Of a DNA stretch of 64,000 bases, positions 59,170 through 64,000 are shown piece by piece. Below the pieces are notes generated by a model, which saw only the letters and a list, made by a program, of their open reading frames with translations, was not told where the DNA came from and did no database searches. The stretch's first letter is position 1, and each line of letters begins with the position of its first letter. The translations under genes and the position numbers were made by a program. The stretch is from the human T2T-CHM13v2.0 reference genome, Homo sapiens. The stretch lies in NCBI RefSeq assembly GCF_009914755.1, contig NC_060926.1. One strand, given 5' to 3'.

Positions 59170-60050
59170 ATTAACTTTAAATGGTGACAAGTTCTATAAA
59201 AGGAAAGAAGAGAAAAGTATGAGAAAGAATAATAAGGGTTAATTTAAACTGGTGTGTCAAGGAAGGCTTTTCTGAGGAAGGAACAATAAAGCTGAAATCT
59301 GAAGAATTAACAGGAGTTAGAGAGAGGAAACAACATCTAAGAAAGCATTGAAATGGAAGAGAGATGGATTTAATCAGTGACCTAATTTCTGACTAGAGCT
59401 TAGTGAGCAAGGGCAGAATCAGCCCTAGATGAATTTGCATTAGCTGGCAGGAGTCTGTTTGAACAGGTGTATTAGGCCATGCATGTGGAGGAGGGTTACT
59501 GTGAGGACCTAAGAGAGTCATTAAAGGGCATTAAGTAGTGCAATGGAATGATCCGTTCATGTTAGTTTATTCTCACTACAGTATGAAAAGCTGATCAAAG
59601 TGAGGCCAACAGAAGTGGAGGCACCAGTTAAGAAGCCACAGTACGAATTAGGCAGTGGATGATGGTGCTTTGATCCAAATTCATAAGGTAGATAATGACA
59701 GTAAGTGAACCAATTCAGGGTGTATTTATGGATGTAAAAACAACAGAACTTTCCAGTGTCTTGGATATAAAGGGTATACAATACAGGAAGGTATTAAGCA
59801 TGATTCTCTGACTTCTAACTTAAGTGAAAGGGTAAATTGTGGCATTTTCTAAAATAAAAGAACATGAAGGGTAATTGATGATGGGGGGTGTCAAGCATTG
59901 TATTTAGACATATTACTTTTAATGTATCACAAAACAAGCAAAATGGAGTAGACAGTTGGGGATGCTGGCATTTAAAACAATGGGGTTGATGAATTCACCT
60001 AACTGGAGAATGTGGAGTGAGAAGAAAATTGATAATTGCAAACAGAGCCC
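59170..60050 (-). mobile_element. L2 fragment
   Basis: gtcaaggaaggcttttctgaggaagg...agctgaaatctgaag...ggaggcaccagttaagaagc...ggagaatgtggagtgagaagaaa. Confidence 0.8.
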
Positions 60051-62054
60051 CAAACAGTCAATTGTAGAGACCCATGAGAAATCTGTTTCCATTCCTGATC
60101 TTAATGATTCTTAGGTTTTCATGCAGACCTAGCACAGTACATAAGACTCAAATTTCCTATCATAATTTTGGGGCCAGGTAAAATACTTTAGTATTGTTTT
60201 TTTAACCAGATGAGGTAGCTAGGGGAAACCAACATGACTGAGTATCTGCAATATTCCAGGAACTGAGCCTGTGTCTTTGGAGTACTAGGGAATGAGAAAA
60301 CAATTTTTAAAAAGACAAACAAAAGATCAAAAAGAAGAGAGTAATGGAGGAAAAAATGGAATGAAAGGGGTTACTATGGAAAAAAAGGAAAGCATGGAAG
60401 AGGAATAGAAGTAATTTGAAATGCATAGATTCTATTAAAACCCTTTGAGTCAATATCAAATCAAATAATTCTATTTATTTTCTTCTCAGTGTAGAATAAA
60501 ACATTCATGTCTGATTTCAATTACTGTCATTCCCAATTACCAACTCTGTAACAAGATGTACAAGACAAATTTCTGACATTTAAGAGCTCATAATACATAT
60601 AACGTTGACCTTCCCCTTTAAGTAATACTCTCTGATGGAGGTGCTGAATTAGGTGTAAACTTGTCTTTACACGTGCAAAATGAAGTACGAAGTGATGGTA
60701 ATATTGTAGCCAATTTGTAATGAAAAAAGAAAAAGAAAAAATACATCCTTGAGAAACTACTGACAAATATATACAAAAATGAAAACAATGATCCTTGTCA
60801 GTGGATGCTTTTTAAAAATGGAATCTTTGAAACAAAGTAAACACTTGATTTATAATTTGAAAAAATATATAGTAATCTTCACAGTGTGGGAAGTGGGGGT
60901 AACATGAATTCTGCTTAAATTCTTTGATCATTTTATGAAGAAGGAGGTATTGTTCCCCTGAATTATATAGGCATGCCTTCATTCTTCATTTTGCTAATCT
61001 GGTGTTCACAGAAGCATTTGACAGTCGAGAGAAGTGTAGAAGCTTGGCACAATAGCAGAGGAAATGCTTCAATGAATAGTGTATTAATATATATCTCATT
61101 GGTGCCTATACCTTTTTGTCAAACAAATTAGTTTCAATTGTGAACTTACCTAGGCAATGGCTATTACCACATAAATCACAATTTACAGTGAACTATATGA
61201 ATTTCACAAATTACAAACTTCTATCACCCTTTTGCATGACAAGAAATGTTTGCCCTGTGGAGTTCTCCACGCTGTCCATTTAAGAGGTTCCTTCAGTGTG
61301 TCTATCTTTCAGCTTATTCTCTGCTGGTGATAGGATTCATTCTGGAGGGCTCTTTTAATAGGATATAGGCAGAACTTAGTGTCATCTTATATTGACCATA
61401 TGGGGAAAATGTTTTCTATTACAAGGTTGCAAAGCCTGCCCTTATACTCCTTAATGATAGGACATCCCTCAGATAATAAAGGGAAATTGTGGCTGAATTT
61501 ATAAACATGGTTTCAATGGTCCTAATGAGCTGTGACTGCAAGATTGTCAAGGATATAGCACTTCCTAAAGTTTTCCTTACATAAAACCTTCCAGAAATGC
61601 AATTCTTTCCTAAAGCATGTCGGATCCCCTTCCCTGCACCAGCATGGAATTTGTGTAGGAAAGGATGAAAAGGGTTCACCTACATATCATAGCCTAGGTC
61701 AGGGTTCTTCCTCTCTGGTGTCCTAGGGGGATTTTCATCTTACTGATTTTGACGTTTCTAAGCTTTTCTGGTAGCTTTCAAAGGGTCCTGTTTGTGGAGG
61801 GCTGGACAGTAGTACTAGACCTCACATCCGAGCCTGGAAGTATACATTTCAAGCACTAGCTGGACAGTCCAAGTTCTATTTGTCTTGCAAGTTTACAGGC
61901 GGAGTTAATTAGTGGCCAGCTACTTTTTCAGAAAACAATCTAGGAGGAGATGAAATCTCAATATATTGCTTCAATTATCTTGAATAACAAAGCAGAATGT
62001 TATCAAGAAATGAAATCATGGCTTTCTAGAGCATTTTACATACATTATACTACT

Positions 62055-62453
62055 TGTTATAGGCTGAATTGTGTCACCCTCCAATTCATATACTAAAGCC
62101 CTAACCCTCAGCATTTGAGGAGGTGACTGTATTTAGAGATAGGTAGGGCCTTTAAAGAGGTCATTAAGTTAAAGTGTGGCCCTTATGGTAGGGCCAATCT
62201 CGCTGGTGTCTTATAAGAGAAAACTCAGGCACACAGAAAGACACCAAGGATGCCTTCACAAAAAGGAAAGACCATGAGAGGACACAGGGAGAAGGCAACC
62301 ATCTGCAAGCCAAGCAGAGCGCCCTCAGAAGATGCCAAACCTGCAGACATCTCAATCTTGGACTTCCAGGCTCCAGAACTGTGAGCAAATAAATTTCTGT
62401 TGTTCAAGCCACCCAGACTGTGGTATTTATGACAGCTGTAACAAACAAATATA
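62055..62453 (+). mobile_element. MLT1B-type MaLR solo LTR
   Basis: tgttataggctgaattgtgtc...ccatctgcaagccaag...cttggacttccaggctccagaactgtgagcaaataaatttctgttgttcaagccaccc. Confidence 0.88.
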
Positions 62454-62484
62454 CCACCTAAGTTTCTCCTAGAATGATCTATGT

Positions 62485-62600
62485 GTTAGATTTCCAGGCC
62501 CTATTCCAGGGCCTGGGGCCTGGACCTAGTACAAAAGAGTCTGCATTTTAACTGTTATCCCAAGAATATTTTGATGCCAAATAAAGCTCAAAAATAACTG
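62485..62600. mobile_element. MER5A-like fragment
   Basis: agatttccaggccctattcca...gagtctgcattttaactgttatcccaag. Confidence 0.5.
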
Positions 62601-64000
62601 ATAGCAAGGTCACTTTATCACCTTTATAGATCAAAAGGGATAAACATTTAACCTTTTTTTTTAGTATTTTTTTTTTATGATTACATTTTGGTAGTAGCAA
62701 GGCTTGAAAATTAAGATCACAGAAAACTCACGGTCTTTCCCTCTCTAGGTCTCTGTTAGCTGACGCTTGTTACAGAATCGGACCCTTTTATAATGGTCCC
62801 AAGTCCTGCCTCTTACTTTAGACAGGAATACCTGACAGGTGGCAGACAGGGAACTATTCATTAACACAGATGGCTGTTTCCATACCTAACACTTGCCAAC
62901 ACCTGCAGAACCAACCAAGACTTACTCCTTTAATTAATTTTTATCTTTATTCTTAAAATTTAAAAGAAAATTAAATTAAAATCCATTCACTATATATAGG
63001 ATATATGACATTTTCAAAATATAGAAATACTTGTTGGAAAAATCTTGGAGCCAAATCTTGCCCTCAGATACACAGATATCTTCCGCTAATGTCATATTAG
63101 GGTCCTGTCAACATTTTCAAATAATTAAAGGTAACAAATATTATAAAGGTTGATATGAACATTCCAAACAATTGTAGGGTAGTTTTTTTCTCTGCTGCTG
63201 CAAAAAGAAGACCCATATGTGCATATAAAGTAATGTGGAAAAGGAAAATGAAGGGAGAAACATTCAAGTTTTTCCAAAACCTTAAAAATAGCCTTCCTCA
63301 CTTTAGCTTCCTTGCACAAAAAGAAAACATTTTACCTATCCATTATGGTGCAGTTATATCTGAGTTACTAACTTCTGAAAATTATGTTTTTATTGTTGTT
63401 CTTGTTTAGCTTTTTTTTCTGTTATCTCTCCTATACCTTTTTTGATTAAAACAACAAATATTTTTATCACTTCAATTTGGCTTAAAAGACATTTATTTAA
63501 TGTGTTAAGCATTATGCAAGGTTCTGCCATGTTCATCTGTTTGACTCTACAGTAAAGATGCATCTTCTTTAACCAAAAATATAGTATTTCCCGAGTGTAC
63601 ATGTACTACATATATACGTGCATATATGTAATGCACTTTCTCCCTTTCTCTTTTCTCCTTCTCCTCCTTCCTCTCTGTCCTTCTCTCCATCTCTCCCTCT
63701 TTTCCTCTTTCCTTAGGCAGTAGATCTTTATTTTAGGTACACCCTTAGGCATAGATTGCAACCATCCTTGCTGGGAAGGTCAATTTATATCTGACGAATA
63801 ATAAAGTCAGAGAGGCTTTTCTAAGTTGCTTTGGAGAAAATAAGACATATTTATTACTATAACCCAACCATATATTCCCACTTTCTATTCTAATAATAAT
63901 GATCACAATGATAATAATAAAAAATTGTATTTACTGGCTACTTATTCTTGAGCTAAAAACTATTCTTTATGGTAGTATTCTCTCTATTTTGCAGATGAGG

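Overview
AT-rich, repeat-dense primate (very probably human) intergenic DNA; no intact protein-coding gene is visible. Most of the window is layered transposable elements: L1s of several ages (L1PA7-like, L1PB-like, L1MA/MB/MC/MD/M4-type), Alus, MaLR and ERV solo LTRs, L2, MIR and MER fragments. Three things stand out. (1) A complete 5.74 kb HERV-H provirus (19150-24892) with LTR7Y-type LTRs, a perfect GAAAT target-site duplication, a His-tRNA PBS and the major splice donor. (2) A solo CYP2C exon-7 pseudo-exon with its intron flanks (probably CYP2C56P, 2q24). It lies inside a ~3.66 kb block of older genomic DNA that interrupts an L1PB element, which points to DNA-level capture rather than a processed pseudogene. 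(3) A template-switch-like multi-segment duplication inside an L1MA. I found no convincing previously undescribed biological system. Subfamily names are assigned by eye from remembered consensus sequences and need RepeatMasker/Dfam confirmation.
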